DNA from: Candidatus Bathyarchaeota archaeon
GTDB lineage: Archaea > Thermoproteota > Bathyarchaeia > TCS64
Assembly: GCA_963771885.1 (NCBI GenBank)
Contig: CAVYVF010000023.1
Span: 512,001-576,000 of the forward strand
Direction of reading: 5' to 3'
DNA length: 64,000 nucleotides
Under the pieces are notes generated by a model that saw nothing but the letters and a program-made list of their open reading frames with translations, had not been told where the DNA came from and searched no databases. How positions within the stretch are numbered: the stretch's first letter is position 1; each line of letters opens with the position of its first letter. A program made the position numbers and the translations under genes. This document shows positions 39,988 through 50,862 of this stretch, one piece after another.

Positions 39988-41823
39988 CTACTTGAGCCTG
40001 ACGACCTTGTTAAGGGCTTCAGCTTCCTGCTCGAGGCCTAGCTTCCTCATCGTCGCCTTCGTCGGTATGCCCCTAACGTCCCAGCCCCGCTTCTCGTAGT
40101 AGTCCGAGAGGAGGCCATCATACTTTGCCTTGTCGAGCTTCTTCCCTGCGAGTGGTCCCTCGGTTAGTGGCTCCTTGAACCAGCGCTCCGGCGGATAGTC
40201 CTGAGCACAATCCCACTTACCGTTGAACTCACGTACCCAAAATGCGCGTATAAGGGCATAGACGCGGTCACCAAGCGTCCACATGTCGTCGAGGCTCCAC
40301 TTGAGCCCGGTCGCCGCCTCCATATAACGTGGGTAATGATCGACCTCAAATCCCAACTCGATCCAAGGGAACCTACAAGCGACGAGGCTCTCAAACATAC
40401 CACCGCGTATCCGCTGGAACTCAATGACTTTATCGGCCTTCTCTGGTCCATACTCCTCACGCTTCCCCGTGCTTATCTCCCAGCTTATCACCCATGCGTC
40501 TTTATGGTGGGCGCCTATGGGGCTGGTTCCGAAGCTTAGGCTCATCCCCGGGCAGAGGTGGCAGTCGTATGCGCTGCACTCGAGGCCCTTAACCTGCATC
40601 GCGAAGTCTATGGAGCCCTTTCCGATAATGTCGGCAGCAGCCTTCGTGCCGAGGCCGAAGACGGCGCCATGGCCCCGCATGTAAGCCATGTCCTCGAGGA
40701 GCCTCTGGGATCCCTCGAAGTCGCCCCAGCTGAGCTTGAGGTCCTTAACCATATTCTTCTCACTGCACTCCATGGCGAAGCCGATAGCGCTGCCGGCACT
40801 GATGGTGTCGAGGCCAAGCATGTCACACATCCTGTTGAGGCGACCGACCTGTTTGAGGTCGCCGACACCGATGTTGCTGCCGAGCATTACGACGTTCTCG
40901 TAGTCGAGTTCGGACTCCTCGCCGTTTGTGTCGAGGATGACGTTTCCACATATCATATTGCAGTTGGGGCAACCTCGCTGCTTGACAGTCGACGCCTCCA
41001 TGGTGTTGCCGTCGATCTCCTTGCTGTGATCGAAGACGCCCTCGCGGAAGTTACGGGTAGGAAGGGTAGAAGCTGCCTGACACCATTCGACTGTCGCCAT
41101 CGTACCCTGTGCCTTCCAGTGTTTGTAGTTGGGTCGCTTAAGTAGGTCAAGGAAGTCCTCCTTACCCATCTTCTTGAGGGCGTCCATGTCTGCGACGGGT
41201 ATCTCACCGGTGCCGTGGATGACGACCGCTTTCAGGTTCTTGCTGCCCATGACGGCGCCCATCCCGGGGCGGCCGCCAGCACGTCCCTCCTGAGACACCA
41301 CGGTGGCGAACCTACAGAGATTCTCGCCGCTCTGCCCAATGCTGAGGACGCCGGCGGTGGCTCCGTGTTCCGCCTTAAGGCGCTTCTCCGTCTCGTAGCT
41401 GTCTTTGCCCCAGAGGTCCTCGGCGATCCTGAGCTGGACCTCATCGTCGCTTATCCAGACATAGGTGGGCTTCTTCGCCTTGCCGGTGACTACGATGCCG
41501 TCCAAGCCCGCCTTGCGCATATTGGGAGAAGCCATGGTGCCGAGGTTGCCGTCCCCGTAGCCCCCGGTGAGGGGGCTCTTGGCAGCGACGACCATCTTAC
41601 CGCTATTCACTGCGGGCAACCCCGCATAGAGTCCGCCAGCGAAGACGAGGATATTCTTGGGACCGAGCGGGTCGATGCCGGGTTCCATTTCATCCCAGAG
41701 CAGCTTAACGGCGAGTCCGCGCCCGCCTATGAACTTCTTGGCGAGTTCCTCCGAGTACTCGGCGTGAACCGCTTTTCCTTTCGTGAGATCGACCCTTAGT
41801 AGGCGCCCAGTCCACCCCTTCAT
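39988..41823 (-). CDS. Aldehyde:ferredoxin oxidoreductase family tungsto/molybdo-enzyme (canonical CxxCxxxC)
   Basis: IGGRGLA, KSPLTG, GRPGMGAVMGSKNLKA, CPNCNMIC, DYE, GLDTIS, VKGLE, YYEKRGWD. Confidence 0.93.
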   Translation of the reverse strand: MKGWTGRLLRVDLTKGKAVHAEYSEELAKKFIGGRGLAVKLLWDEMEPGIDPLGPKNILVFAGGLYAGLPAVNSGKMVVAAKSPLTGGYGDGNLGTMASPNMRKAGLDGIVVTGKAKKPTYVWISDDEVQLRIAEDLWGKDSYETEKRLKAEHGATAGVLSIGQSGENLCRFATVVSQEGRAGGRPGMGAVMGSKNLKAVVIHGTGEIPVADMDALKKMGKEDFLDLLKRPNYKHWKAQGTMATVEWCQAASTLPTRNFREGVFDHSKEIDGNTMEASTVKQRGCPNCNMICGNVILDTNGEESELDYENVVMLGSNIGVGDLKQVGRLNRMCDMLGLDTISAGSAIGFAMECSEKNMVKDLKLSWGDFEGSQRLLEDMAYMRGHGAVFGLGTKAAADIIGKGSIDFAMQVKGLECSAYDCHLCPGMSLSFGTSPIGAHHKDAWVISWEISTGKREEYGPEKADKVIEFQRIRGGMFESLVACRFPWIELGFEVDHYPRYMEAATGLKWSLDDMWTLGDRVYALIRAFWVREFNGKWDCAQDYPPERWFKEPLTEGPLAGKKLDKAKYDGLLSDYYEKRGWDVRGIPTKATMRKLGLEQEAEALNKVVRLK

Positions 41824-41987
41824 GTGACACACCTGAAGGCTGTTGAGATTGAAGGTTGATAAAGATTGAGCCATCGAGATGTTTAGTAATTCATATCGTT
41901 TTATGGTGTGAGGAAAATGCACAACTGAAAATCAGGGGGTGTATCAGGGCTTATATCCCCACGCGGGTAGACCGATAGAGACAATCT

Positions 41988-42470
41988 ATGTCGATTGAAG
42001 CAAGGTTGAGAGAGCTTGGCATATCACTCCCTGAGCCAACAAAGGCGCCGCCCACGTTTCGCCAGACCTTCCCGTTCGTGAGGGTTCACGGCGACAGGGC
42101 GTACGTATCGGGGCACGGACCAACTGGTCCAGATGGCTCAATTGTGAAGTATACCGGTAAGGTAGGCGCGGGGGTCACGCAGGACGACGCATATAAGGCT
42201 GCGCGCCTTACGGGTCTGGCCATCCTGTCCGACCTCAGGCAAGAGCTGGGTGACCTCGACAGGGTAGAGAAGTGGTTAAAAGTGCTTGGGCTGGTCAACG
42301 CTGCGCCAGGCTTCACGAACATGCCTGCCGTTGTGAACGGGTTCAGCGACCTCATCATCGAGGTCTGGGGAAAAGAGGCGGGCAGGCACGGGAGATCAGC
42401 AATAGGCGTGGCGGAACTACCCTTCGGAATACCCGTGGAAATAGAGGCAGAGGTTCTAATTCAGCCCTAG
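41988..42470 (+). CDS. RidA/YjgF family protein
   Basis: YVSGHGP, GKVG, VNGFSD, HGRSAIGVAELP. Confidence 0.9.
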   Translation: MSIEARLRELGISLPEPTKAPPTFRQTFPFVRVHGDRAYVSGHGPTGPDGSIVKYTGKVGAGVTQDDAYKAARLTGLAILSDLRQELGDLDRVEKWLKVLGLVNAAPGFTNMPAVVNGFSDLIIEVWGKEAGRHGRSAIGVAELPFGIPVEIEAEVLIQP

Positions 42471-42742
42471 CCGCCAGCTGTAGGCTGCATTACAACTATC
42501 TCGTCCCCGTCCCTCAGCATTGTGCCGGGGCCGTCGATCATATCGATGTTCTTCCCGTTTACAAGCACTGCGAGGTCCTTGCCTCCGACCTGGAACTCGC
42601 CTAAGAAGCCCATACGCTGACCCGACTTCTCCCCTACCTTGTTTGTCACGGTTGATACGGTGGAGCCTTCTGGGACGTCGATCTCATGGCGCTTGCCGAT
42701 TATCTGAGAGACATCGCCGAAGACGCGTACGAGTATCTTCAT
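42467..42742 (-). CDS. moaD: MoaD/ThiS ubiquitin-like sulfur carrier
   Basis: VLVNG, L-x-DGD, C-terminal PTAGG. Confidence 0.85.
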   Translation of the reverse strand: MKILVRVFGDVSQIIGKRHEIDVPEGSTVSTVTNKVGEKSGQRMGFLGEFQVGGKDLAVLVNGKNIDMIDGPGTMLRDGDEIVVMQPTAGG

Positions 42743-43070
42743 TGATAAAAGCCCGGGGCTCGAGGAAAATAAGGGTTGAGAGGATTTCCGTTTCCTTTGA
42801 TGACACTTTACGTCGGAAAATGCATCGGTTCAAGTGAATTTCTAAACAAAAAAAAGGTCAGCGCGCGATCCCACTGGTGCCGTACTCACTCTATTTGGGT
42901 GTAGGATAAACTACAAATTTTCGCTGTGGAGAAGGCAACTCTACTACGAGGGCGTGAAATGGCTCTTGTTCTCGAATGAGGATGTACTCGACGCACTCGG
43001 AATCTTACACGGTTATCGTACCGCTGTTTCTATTTGCTTCACTCTGGGAGTTTTTCCCACTGTTAGGAGG

Positions 43071-44939
43071 TTATGCCCTCAGCTTCTTCATCTGTGGCTC
43101 ACAGTCGCCCAGCCCCATCTTGATGAGGGTCTTATTCGTCGGTATTCCACGCTCGTCCCAGCCTAGTGTGGCGAAGTAGGTTTGCAGTTTCTTGTCTACC
43201 TTCGCCTTGTCGGTAGTCTTGCCCTTGTACGGGCCGTTGGGTAGTGGTTCGTAGAAGCGTGGTGGGTTGTCGTCGTCCTTGATTGGCTCCCAAGTCACGT
43301 CGGGGCCGCCGAGCAGTAGTAGCACCTTCTGGAGGGTCACTATGCGTGGTCCGGTGACCCTACGCCAGCTCTCAAGTGTGATTGGGAACCCGGTTATTGC
43401 CTTGGCGAAGTCGATGACAAGGTCCTGTGGGACGCCGTTGTAGGCGAAGCTGCAGAAGACGCCGCAGTCCGCAAATATGCTCCCTGACATGTCCGTGTAG
43501 CCGTCGTAGACGAGGCTCGTATGGTCGCCACCCTGAACCGAAGCGGCGTAGCCGATGTCGTGAGCGAAGTCAGCGTCGCTACGCGTGCCGTGGGCGCCGA
43601 CCTCGATTCCCTTAACGACGATTGCGTACTTGAGGAGTTCCTCGGGCTTCATGCCCTTCATCTCAGCGATCTTCAAGGCGGCGCGGTAAGTACCCTCGGC
43701 GATGACGTCGCCGATGCCCTCTCTCTTCGCCACCATGCGCATGAGGCGATCGAATGCGTCAACGTTACCCCATTCCAGCTTGAAGCCGATGTCCTCCTCG
43801 GTGAGTATGCCCCTCTGGTAGAGCTCAGCCGCGTAGCTCATGGCGCTCATACCGTTGATGCCGGAGTGGCCGAGGAGGTCGCATAGGGTGCTCAGGTGCA
43901 CGATTTCGCCAGCGTCGAATATGCCGAAGTTGGTACCGCAGTGGCTCTCCAACTCGTAATCAGGCATGTCGGTGATGTCGCCCTTGAAGCGGCCCGATTT
44001 AATGCAGCTGACCTTCATGCAGTTTGTCGTGCAGTTAAAGTCGGTCCACTTCTTCTTGACCCAGAACCGGGTCTCAAACATGGGACCGCCGATGCTCCTC
44101 TCGTCATGCCACTCCTCCTGCCAGTTCCTTATGGGCTCGCTGCTCGTGTTGTTGCCGAAACTGTAGCCACCGTAGCCTGTACCCCATCGGCGGAACTGGG
44201 TACGGGCTATCAGGTGCTCGTGGGTCCTCTTCCAGATGAGCTTGGCCGCCTCGGGTGCGTTCGGCCTCGGCATCATGGCGCGCCCCTTGGCGACGATCGC
44301 CTTGAGGTTCTTCGACCCCATCACGGAGCCGTAGCCGCCGTAGCCGCAGGCGTGGCAGAGCTTCGTCATCACCGCGGCATTGCGGACCAGGTTCTCCCCC
44401 GCGGGGCCGATGTATATCTGCCCGGGCTCGCGCCACAGCCCGACGCTCGGCTTCCTCTTCGAGAAGTATGCGTCCGTCTCCCTGTTGAGAGCGATGAGGG
44501 TCTTCTCCCCGTCCAGCCCCCAGAGGTGTTTCGCCGACACGATCTCGCTGCCGTCGTTTGTGACCCTTATATAGACGGGCTCGTCCGCCCTTCCTGAGAC
44601 AATCACGCCGTCATAGCCGGCGCACTTGAGCTCGTGGGCGAACTCGGTGGATGCTGTGGAGCCGACTGTGCCGTTGCTCATGGGGCTCTTACCGGAGACG
44701 CATATTCTGCCCCCGGGGTAGATGCCCGTCATCGGCCCCGTGAGGGCGATGAGGAGGTTATCAGGGCTGAGGGCGTCGACCTTACTCCAGCGCTTCCCCA
44801 GTCTGTCCCAGAGTATTTTCGCGGCGAGCCCCCTGCCGCCGAAGAACATCTCAAGCGTCTCGTCACCGAAGATAATGTCCTTGATCTTCCCCCTCGTGAG
44901 GTCTACATCAAGAAACTTCCCCGCGTATCCGCCGGGCAT
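43071..44939 (-). CDS. AOR-family oxidoreductase, paralog C (DxxCxxxC)
   Basis: FGGRGLA, GKSP, MGSKNLKA, DFNCTTNC, PDYE, VKGIE. Confidence 0.92.
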   Translation of the reverse strand: MPGGYAGKFLDVDLTRGKIKDIIFGDETLEMFFGGRGLAAKILWDRLGKRWSKVDALSPDNLLIALTGPMTGIYPGGRICVSGKSPMSNGTVGSTASTEFAHELKCAGYDGVIVSGRADEPVYIRVTNDGSEIVSAKHLWGLDGEKTLIALNRETDAYFSKRKPSVGLWREPGQIYIGPAGENLVRNAAVMTKLCHACGYGGYGSVMGSKNLKAIVAKGRAMMPRPNAPEAAKLIWKRTHEHLIARTQFRRWGTGYGGYSFGNNTSSEPIRNWQEEWHDERSIGGPMFETRFWVKKKWTDFNCTTNCMKVSCIKSGRFKGDITDMPDYELESHCGTNFGIFDAGEIVHLSTLCDLLGHSGINGMSAMSYAAELYQRGILTEEDIGFKLEWGNVDAFDRLMRMVAKREGIGDVIAEGTYRAALKIAEMKGMKPEELLKYAIVVKGIEVGAHGTRSDADFAHDIGYAASVQGGDHTSLVYDGYTDMSGSIFADCGVFCSFAYNGVPQDLVIDFAKAITGFPITLESWRRVTGPRIVTLQKVLLLLGGPDVTWEPIKDDDNPPRFYEPLPNGPYKGKTTDKAKVDKKLQTYFATLGWDERGIPTNKTLIKMGLGDCEPQMKKLRA

Positions 44940-44969
44940 GTCTTTCACTCCAAAAAATTTGAGGGAGTC

Positions 44970-46839
44970 CTACTCCCTGAACTTCTTCATCGTGGACTCG
45001 CAGTCGCTGAGCCCGAGCTTCTTCAGCGTCTCTTTGGTCGGGATGCCCCTAGCGTCCCAGCCGAGGGTGTTGAAGTAGGCCTGGAGCTTCTCATCCACCT
45101 TCTTGTGGTCGGTTGTCTTCCCCTTGAATGGGCCGGTTGGCAGCGGCTCGTAGAAGCGCGGAGGGTTGTCGTCGTCCTTGATGGGGTCCCAGGTCACGTC
45201 GGGGCCGCCCATGAGGAGGAGCACCTTCTGCAGGGTCACTATGCGAGGGCCGGTAACCTTGCGCCAGCTCTCGACTGTGATGGGGAAGCCCGTGATCCCC
45301 TTGGCGTAGTCGAAGGCGAGCACCTGCGGGACAGCGTAGTAGCAGAAGTTGCAGAAGACCGCGGAGTCGGTGAATACGTTTGTGCTCATCTCCGAGTACC
45401 CGTCGACAGCGACCGAGGTGTGGTCCCCACCCTGTACGCTCGCCGCGTAGGCGATGTCGTGCGTGTAGTCGGCGTCGCTGCGGGTCCCGTGGGCACCGAT
45501 CTCGATGCCTTTCACGTGGACGGCGTACTTGAGGAGCTCCTCTGGCTTCATCTTCTTCATCTTGGCGATCTTGACCGCCGCCCTGTAGGTGCCCTCGGCG
45601 AGTACGTCGCCTATCTTCTGCCTCTTGGCGATGAGCCAAGCGAGCTTTTCCATCGACTCGGCGTCGCCCCAGATCGGCTTGAAGCCGAAGTCCTTCTCCT
45701 TGAGTATGCCCCTCTGGTATAGCTCGGCGGCGAAGCCCATCGTGTTGGGACCGTTGATGCCGGAGTGCCCCAGTTTATCGATTATTGTGCTTATGTGAAT
45801 GGTGTCAGCGGCGTCGAATATGCCGAGGTTCGTGCCACAGTAGGCCTCGAGCTCGTAGTCGGGCATGTCGGTGATGTCGCCCTTCCACTTGCCCGACTTG
45901 ATACAGGTGACCTTCATGCAGTTTGTCGTGCAGTTGAAGTCAGCCCACTTCTTCTTGACCCAGAACTTGTTCTCGAACTTTGGGCCGCCCATGTTCTTCT
46001 CGTCGTGCCACTCCTCCTGCCAGTTCTTGACGGGCTCTGAGCTCGTGTCGGCCCCTACGGCGTAGCCGCCGTAGCCGGTACCCCAGCGGCGCATCCTCGT
46101 CTGGGCGATGAGGTACTCGTGCGTCCTCTTCCACATGACCTTGACCGCCTCGGGGGCATCGACTACTGGGAGCCTGCCCCTGCCCTTTGCGACGATCGCC
46201 TTCAGGTTCTTCGAGCCCATGAGGGCGCCGTAGCCTCCGTACCCAGCGGCGTGGCACACCTTCGTCATAACGGCGGCGTTGCGGACCATGTTCTCCCCTG
46301 CGGGGCCCGTGTAAATGATGCCGGGCTCCTTCCAGAGGCCAACGAGGGGTTTCTTCTTTGTCAGGTCTGCCGTGACCTCCTTGTTGAGGAGCTTTATCGT
46401 GTCCTCGCCAACAGTACCCCATAGGTGCTTCGCAGGCTTGATCTCGCCTCCGGTATTCGTGATCTGGATGTAGACGGGCTCGTCCGCCTTTCCCGTGACG
46501 ATGACGCCGTCGTAGCCCGCCATCTTGATCTCGGATGCGAACTCTGTCGAAGCGGTCGAGCCGACGACGCCGTTACTCGTCGGGCTCTTACCCGAGCACA
46601 TTATGCGTGCGCCAGGGTAGATCGCCGTCATCGGCCCAGTAAGGGCGAGGAAGATGTTCTCCGGATCGAGTGCGTCGATCTCCCCCCACTTCTTGCCAAT
46701 ACGGTCCCAGAGAATCTTCGACGCAAGACCCCTACCGCCGAAGTACATCTCAAGCGATCTCATCGTCAAACGTTGTGTCCTTTATCTTCCTCTTCGTGAG
46801 GTCGACGTCAAGGAACTTGCCCGCGTATCCTCCGGGCAT
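44970..46839 (-). CDS. AOR-family oxidoreductase, paralog B, frameshift near 46775
   Basis: MPGGYAGKFLDVDL start at 46839 in a different frame from the body; DFNCTTNC. Confidence 0.9.
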
Positions 46840-47361
46840 CTAGATTACCTCCTCGCCCTTCTCGCCGAAGAAGAAGACCGCGAGCTCCTTCGCCACCTCG
46901 AGCGGCGGCCTGCTGAACAGCTTCTTGTTAACGTTCGGCCCCTCGGGAACCACGGTCAATGCGTTATAACCCGCCTCGACGCAGACCTTTACGCACTCAG
47001 GGTCGCCGTTGCATAGGTTACAGATGACCGCCTTGTTTGTCTCGGGGTGCAGGTAGGGCACTTGGCCAGGGCACGCCCTGATGCAGCTGCCACAGCTTAT
47101 GCACTTCTCCTTATCCACTATGACCGCCGTCGTGACGGGGTCGACGCTCAGTGCCTTCGGGGCGCAGGACGCCACGCATGGGTAGTCATTGCACTGTGCG
47201 CAGAGGTGCGGCACCTCGACGCCAGGGAAGGGCATGAAAACCCTCACCATCGACGCCTCGGGGAACATCCACCCCTCCCACTTCATGCTGCATGCCAGCT
47301 CACAGCGCTTGCAACCACTGCAGGCGGCGTAGTCTCGGGCGATCCAGATCGGTTTGCTCAT
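46840..47361 (-). CDS. Four-cluster 4Fe-4S protein (DmsB/HydN type), AOR small subunit
   Basis: Four Cys groups: CSGCKRC-x3-C, CAQC-x4-C-x3-C, CISCGSC-x3-CP, CNLC-x5-C-x3-C. Confidence 0.92.
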   Translation of the reverse strand: MSKPIWIARDYAACSGCKRCELACSMKWEGWMFPEASMVRVFMPFPGVEVPHLCAQCNDYPCVASCAPKALSVDPVTTAVIVDKEKCISCGSCIRACPGQVPYLHPETNKAVICNLCNGDPECVKVCVEAGYNALTVVPEGPNVNKKLFSRPPLEVAKELAVFFFGEKGEEVI

Positions 47362-47511
47362 TCGTTCACCAGAATAGGTACTCTGAGCCAACGAAGCGAT
47401 AAAAAAGCTTCGAAAAACAGGGGAACCCGCCGAAATACACAGTAAAACATATCGAATCGGGGAAAAACCGAGAAAAATGCCTGAAATTATCGAAAACGGT
47501 TTAAAACCCGG

Positions 47512-48443
47512 CTATATGACTACCGGTGCCCCTTTGAGCAATTTATCTGCAAATGACTCTATTATAAAACGCTTCGAGAGCCCAGAGACCAACCCGGCGG
47601 GTATCGCATCGACGCCGTAGTAGGCGCCTGCCAATTGTCCATAGACTGCTCCCACCGTATCCGCGTCGTCCCCGAGATTCACAGCGAGCAGGCAGCCCTC
47701 CTCGAATGTGCTCGTCTTGTTGAATGCCCACAGGGCGGCCTCAAGCGTCTTCACCGCCGTACCGAGGGCCTGTATATCGGGCGGCTCAGCCCCCCTGTAG
47801 GAGCCCCGTGCAACAACCGCGACCTCGGACGACAGAGGCGCTCTGCTCCATATTCCCCTAGCCGGTTCGTACATGTCGGTGAGGAGTCGTTCCTTTCTCT
47901 CTCCGATGAGCGCCCCCACAATAAGTGCACCAAGGTACCTGCACGAGTCAACAGCCGCAGGGGCGCCGTGAGTCGTCTTCGAGCTCAGCCCGGAGTACTT
48001 CACCGCATCTTCCGGATGGGCGTGGAAGAAGAGCGGGACGGGGGCGAGCCTCATCAGGCTCCCGTTGCTCGCCTTCGAGGGATCAGTCGGCCCAGAGTAG
48101 GGGTCTCCCGTGTCGAGGAACCTCTGCAGGCTCCACCTCGTCGTGTTGCCGATGTCGAAGCAGTTGCCGGTACAGCTCAGGTGACCCTCTCTCCACCATG
48201 CTATGTACCTCTCCGCCTGGTCACGTGGGTCGAAACCGAGCTTCTCGACGAGGCTCTCAGCGAGGCAGAGAGCAAGGCTCGTGTCATCCGTCCAGTCTCC
48301 CGCCCCGAGGTTGAATGGGCCGCCGCCCCGGTAGTCGGTTATCGGCGGGAAGCTGCCCCGGGGCTCGAACTCAACCGGAGCACCTAGGGCGTCCCCGACA
48401 GCCAATCCGAGGAGGCACCCCCTGAACCTGCTGAGAGATCCAT
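47512..48443 (-). CDS. ADP-ribosylglycohydrolase family protein (DraG-like); probable indel just after the ATG at 48443
   Basis: RFRGCLLGLAVGDALG, WTDDT, FDIGNTT, SNGSLMR, GDDADT. Confidence 0.9.
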
Positions 48444-48482
48444 CGAGGAAAAGAGAGAATTTGGAAATAAAAGGAGGAGGGG

Positions 48483-50342
48483 CTACGCACGGAGCTTCTT
48501 CATGGAGGACTCAACATCGGCTAGATCCAGCCTCTTAAGCGTCTCTTTCGTGGGTACGCCGCGCTCATCCCAGCCCACCGCCTCGAAGTATGCCTGCAGC
48601 TTCTGGTCTGTGAGCTTCTTGTCGGTGGTCCTGCCCTTGTAGGGCCCCTCTGGGAGGGGCTCGTAGAAGCGCGGCGGGTTGTCGTCGTCCTTGAGTGGCT
48701 CCCACTTCATGTCTGGGCCACCGAGCAGGAGGAGCGCCCTCTGGAGGGTGACTATCCTTGGTCCGGTCTCCTTTCTCCACGACTCGACCGTAATCGGGAA
48801 GCCGGTGATGGCCTTGGCAAAGTCGAACTCTAACTCGCGTGTCGTCCTGCAGAAGTCGCAGAAGACGCCCGAGTCGGCGAAGACGGCGTCGCTCATGTCC
48901 GTGTAGCCGTCGCTGATCGTCGAGGTGTGGTCTCCTCCCTGAACGTTGCCTGCGTAGCTTGCGTCGTGGACGTAGTCGAGGTCACTGCGAGTGCCGTGGG
49001 CGCCGATCTCGATGCCCTTGACGTGGACGACGTACTTGAGCAGCTCTTCCTTCGGTAGCCCCTTCATCTCGGCGATCTTGATGGCTGCGCGGTATGTGCC
49101 CTCTGCGAGGACATCGCCTATGCCCTCACGTTTCGCCATCATCCACGCCAACTTCGTGAATGCGTCAGTGTCTCCCCACTTTAACTCGAAACCTATGTCC
49201 TTCTTGGTGAGTATCTTGCGCTGGTAGAGCTCCGCGGCGAATCCCATCGTGTTTGGGCCATTGATGCCGCTGTGGCCGAGGTTATCGATGAGGGCGCTCA
49301 TGTGTATGTTCTCGACTGGCTCGAAAATGCCGAGGTTGGTCCCGCAGTAGGCCTGCAGCTCGTAGTCTGGGAGGTCGGTTATATCCCCCTTCCACTTGCC
49401 GTTCTTTATGCAGCTTACCTTCATGCAGTTTGTGGTGCAGTTCCAGTCCGACCACTTCTTCTTGACCCAGTAGGCCTCGAAGCGTGGGCCGGCGTAGCTC
49501 TTCTCGTCATGCCATTCGGTCTGCCAGTTCTTGATCGGCTCGCTGCTTCTATCCGCTCCCACCGTGTAGCCGAGGTAGCCTGTACCATAGCGGCGCATCT
49601 CGCTGTTAGCGATGAGAATCTGGTGGGCCTTCTTCCAAAGGAGCTTCGCCGCCTCAGGCGCGTCTGGTGCAGGCATCTTTCCCCTGCCCTTGGCGACGAC
49701 GGCCTTGAGCTTCTTGCTGCCCATGAGGGCTCCATAACCACCGTAGCCCGCCGCATGACATATCTTGCTCATGACGCCGCTGTTTCGGACCATGTTCTCG
49801 CCAGCGGGGCCGATGTAGATGCTTCCCGGCTCACGCCAGATTCCGACGTTCGGCTTCTTCTTTCTCAGCGCTTCGGTGACTTCCCTGTTAAGTACCTTGA
49901 TGGTCTCCTCGCCGACTTTACCCCAAAGGTGCTCCGCGGGTCTGATCTCAGCACCTTCGTCTGTGATAAGGAGGTAGACAGGCTTCTCGGCCTTGCCGGA
50001 GAGTATGACGCCGTCGTATCCGGCGCAGCGCATCTCGTGTGCGAATTCGGTGGCTGCTGTTGATCCGACGGTGCCCATGCTTACCGGGCTCTTCCCGGAG
50101 ACGCATATTCTGCCACCCGGATAAATGCCCGTCATTGGGCCGCCGAGGACGATGAGCGGGCTCTCAGGCGCGTAGGGGTCGAGGCTGTCCCACTTCTTTC
50201 CGACGCGATCCCAGAGGATCTTCGCCGCGAGGCCCCTGCCTCCGAAGTACTGCTGGAGGATCTTGTCGTCGAAACTGATCTCCTTAACCTTCTCCTTGGT
50301 GAGGTCGATGTCGAGGAACTTGCCTGCGTATCCGCCGGGCAT
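48483..50342 (-). CDS. AOR-family oxidoreductase, paralog A (DxxCxxxC)
   Basis: MPGGYAGKFL, DWNCTTNC, PDYE, VKGIEIGAH. Confidence 0.93.
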   Translation of the reverse strand: MPGGYAGKFLDIDLTKEKVKEISFDDKILQQYFGGRGLAAKILWDRVGKKWDSLDPYAPESPLIVLGGPMTGIYPGGRICVSGKSPVSMGTVGSTAATEFAHEMRCAGYDGVILSGKAEKPVYLLITDEGAEIRPAEHLWGKVGEETIKVLNREVTEALRKKKPNVGIWREPGSIYIGPAGENMVRNSGVMSKICHAAGYGGYGALMGSKKLKAVVAKGRGKMPAPDAPEAAKLLWKKAHQILIANSEMRRYGTGYLGYTVGADRSSEPIKNWQTEWHDEKSYAGPRFEAYWVKKKWSDWNCTTNCMKVSCIKNGKWKGDITDLPDYELQAYCGTNLGIFEPVENIHMSALIDNLGHSGINGPNTMGFAAELYQRKILTKKDIGFELKWGDTDAFTKLAWMMAKREGIGDVLAEGTYRAAIKIAEMKGLPKEELLKYVVHVKGIEIGAHGTRSDLDYVHDASYAGNVQGGDHTSTISDGYTDMSDAVFADSGVFCDFCRTTRELEFDFAKAITGFPITVESWRKETGPRIVTLQRALLLLGGPDMKWEPLKDDDNPPRFYEPLPEGPYKGRTTDKKLTDQKLQAYFEAVGWDERGVPTKETLKRLDLADVESSMKKLRA

Positions 50343-50343
50343 T

Positions 50344-50862
50344 TTAGATTACCTCCTCGCCCTTCTCGCCGAAGAAGTATACAGCAAGCTCCTTCGCCAC
50401 TTCTACCGGGTGCCTACTGAAGAGCTTCCTGTTGGGGCCTGGTCCCTCGTCTACGAGCATAAGGGCATTATAGCCGGCCTCCTTGCAGACCTTTACGCAC
50501 TCGGGGTCGCCGTTGCATAGGTTGCAGATGGTGGCTTTGTTCGTCTCTGGGTGGAGGATCGGCACGTTGCCGGGGCAAGCGCGTATGCAGTTGCCGCAAC
50601 TTGTGCACTTCTCCTTGTCCACGATGACTGCCTTCGTGTTTGGGTCTACTGAGAGGGCGACAGTGGGGCAGCTACCCACACATGGGTAGTCTGCACACTG
50701 TGCGCAGAGATGTGGTACCTCGACGCCGGGGAAGGGCATGAATACTCTGACCATAGACGCCTCGGGCCATATCCAACCCTCGAACTTCATGCTGCACGCT
50801 ATCTCGCACCGTTTGCAGCCGCTGCAGGCGGCGTAGTCGCGGGCGATCCAGATGTTTGCCAT
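50344..50862 (-). CDS. Four-cluster 4Fe-4S protein, AOR small subunit (paralog of 46840..47361)
   Basis: Same four Cys groups; closely similar protein. Confidence 0.92.
   Translation of the reverse strand: MANIWIARDYAACSGCKRCEIACSMKFEGWIWPEASMVRVFMPFPGVEVPHLCAQCADYPCVGSCPTVALSVDPNTKAVIVDKEKCTSCGNCIRACPGNVPILHPETNKATICNLCNGDPECVKVCKEAGYNALMLVDEGPGPNRKLFSRHPVEVAKELAVYFFGEKGEEVI

Noticed and set aside
42743..43070. Moco/Wco riboswitch upstream of moaD
   Set aside because: No consensus elements or stable nested stems found
2485..46839. Selenocysteine/pyrrolysine read-through or programmed frameshifting in the split genes
   Set aside because: The splits are frame changes rather than in-frame TGA/TAG, and no common slippery site is present
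43071..50342. Repeated DNA blocks as a CRISPR array or mobile-element repeats
   Set aside because: They are coding similarity between AOR paralogs, with no regular repeat-spacer period
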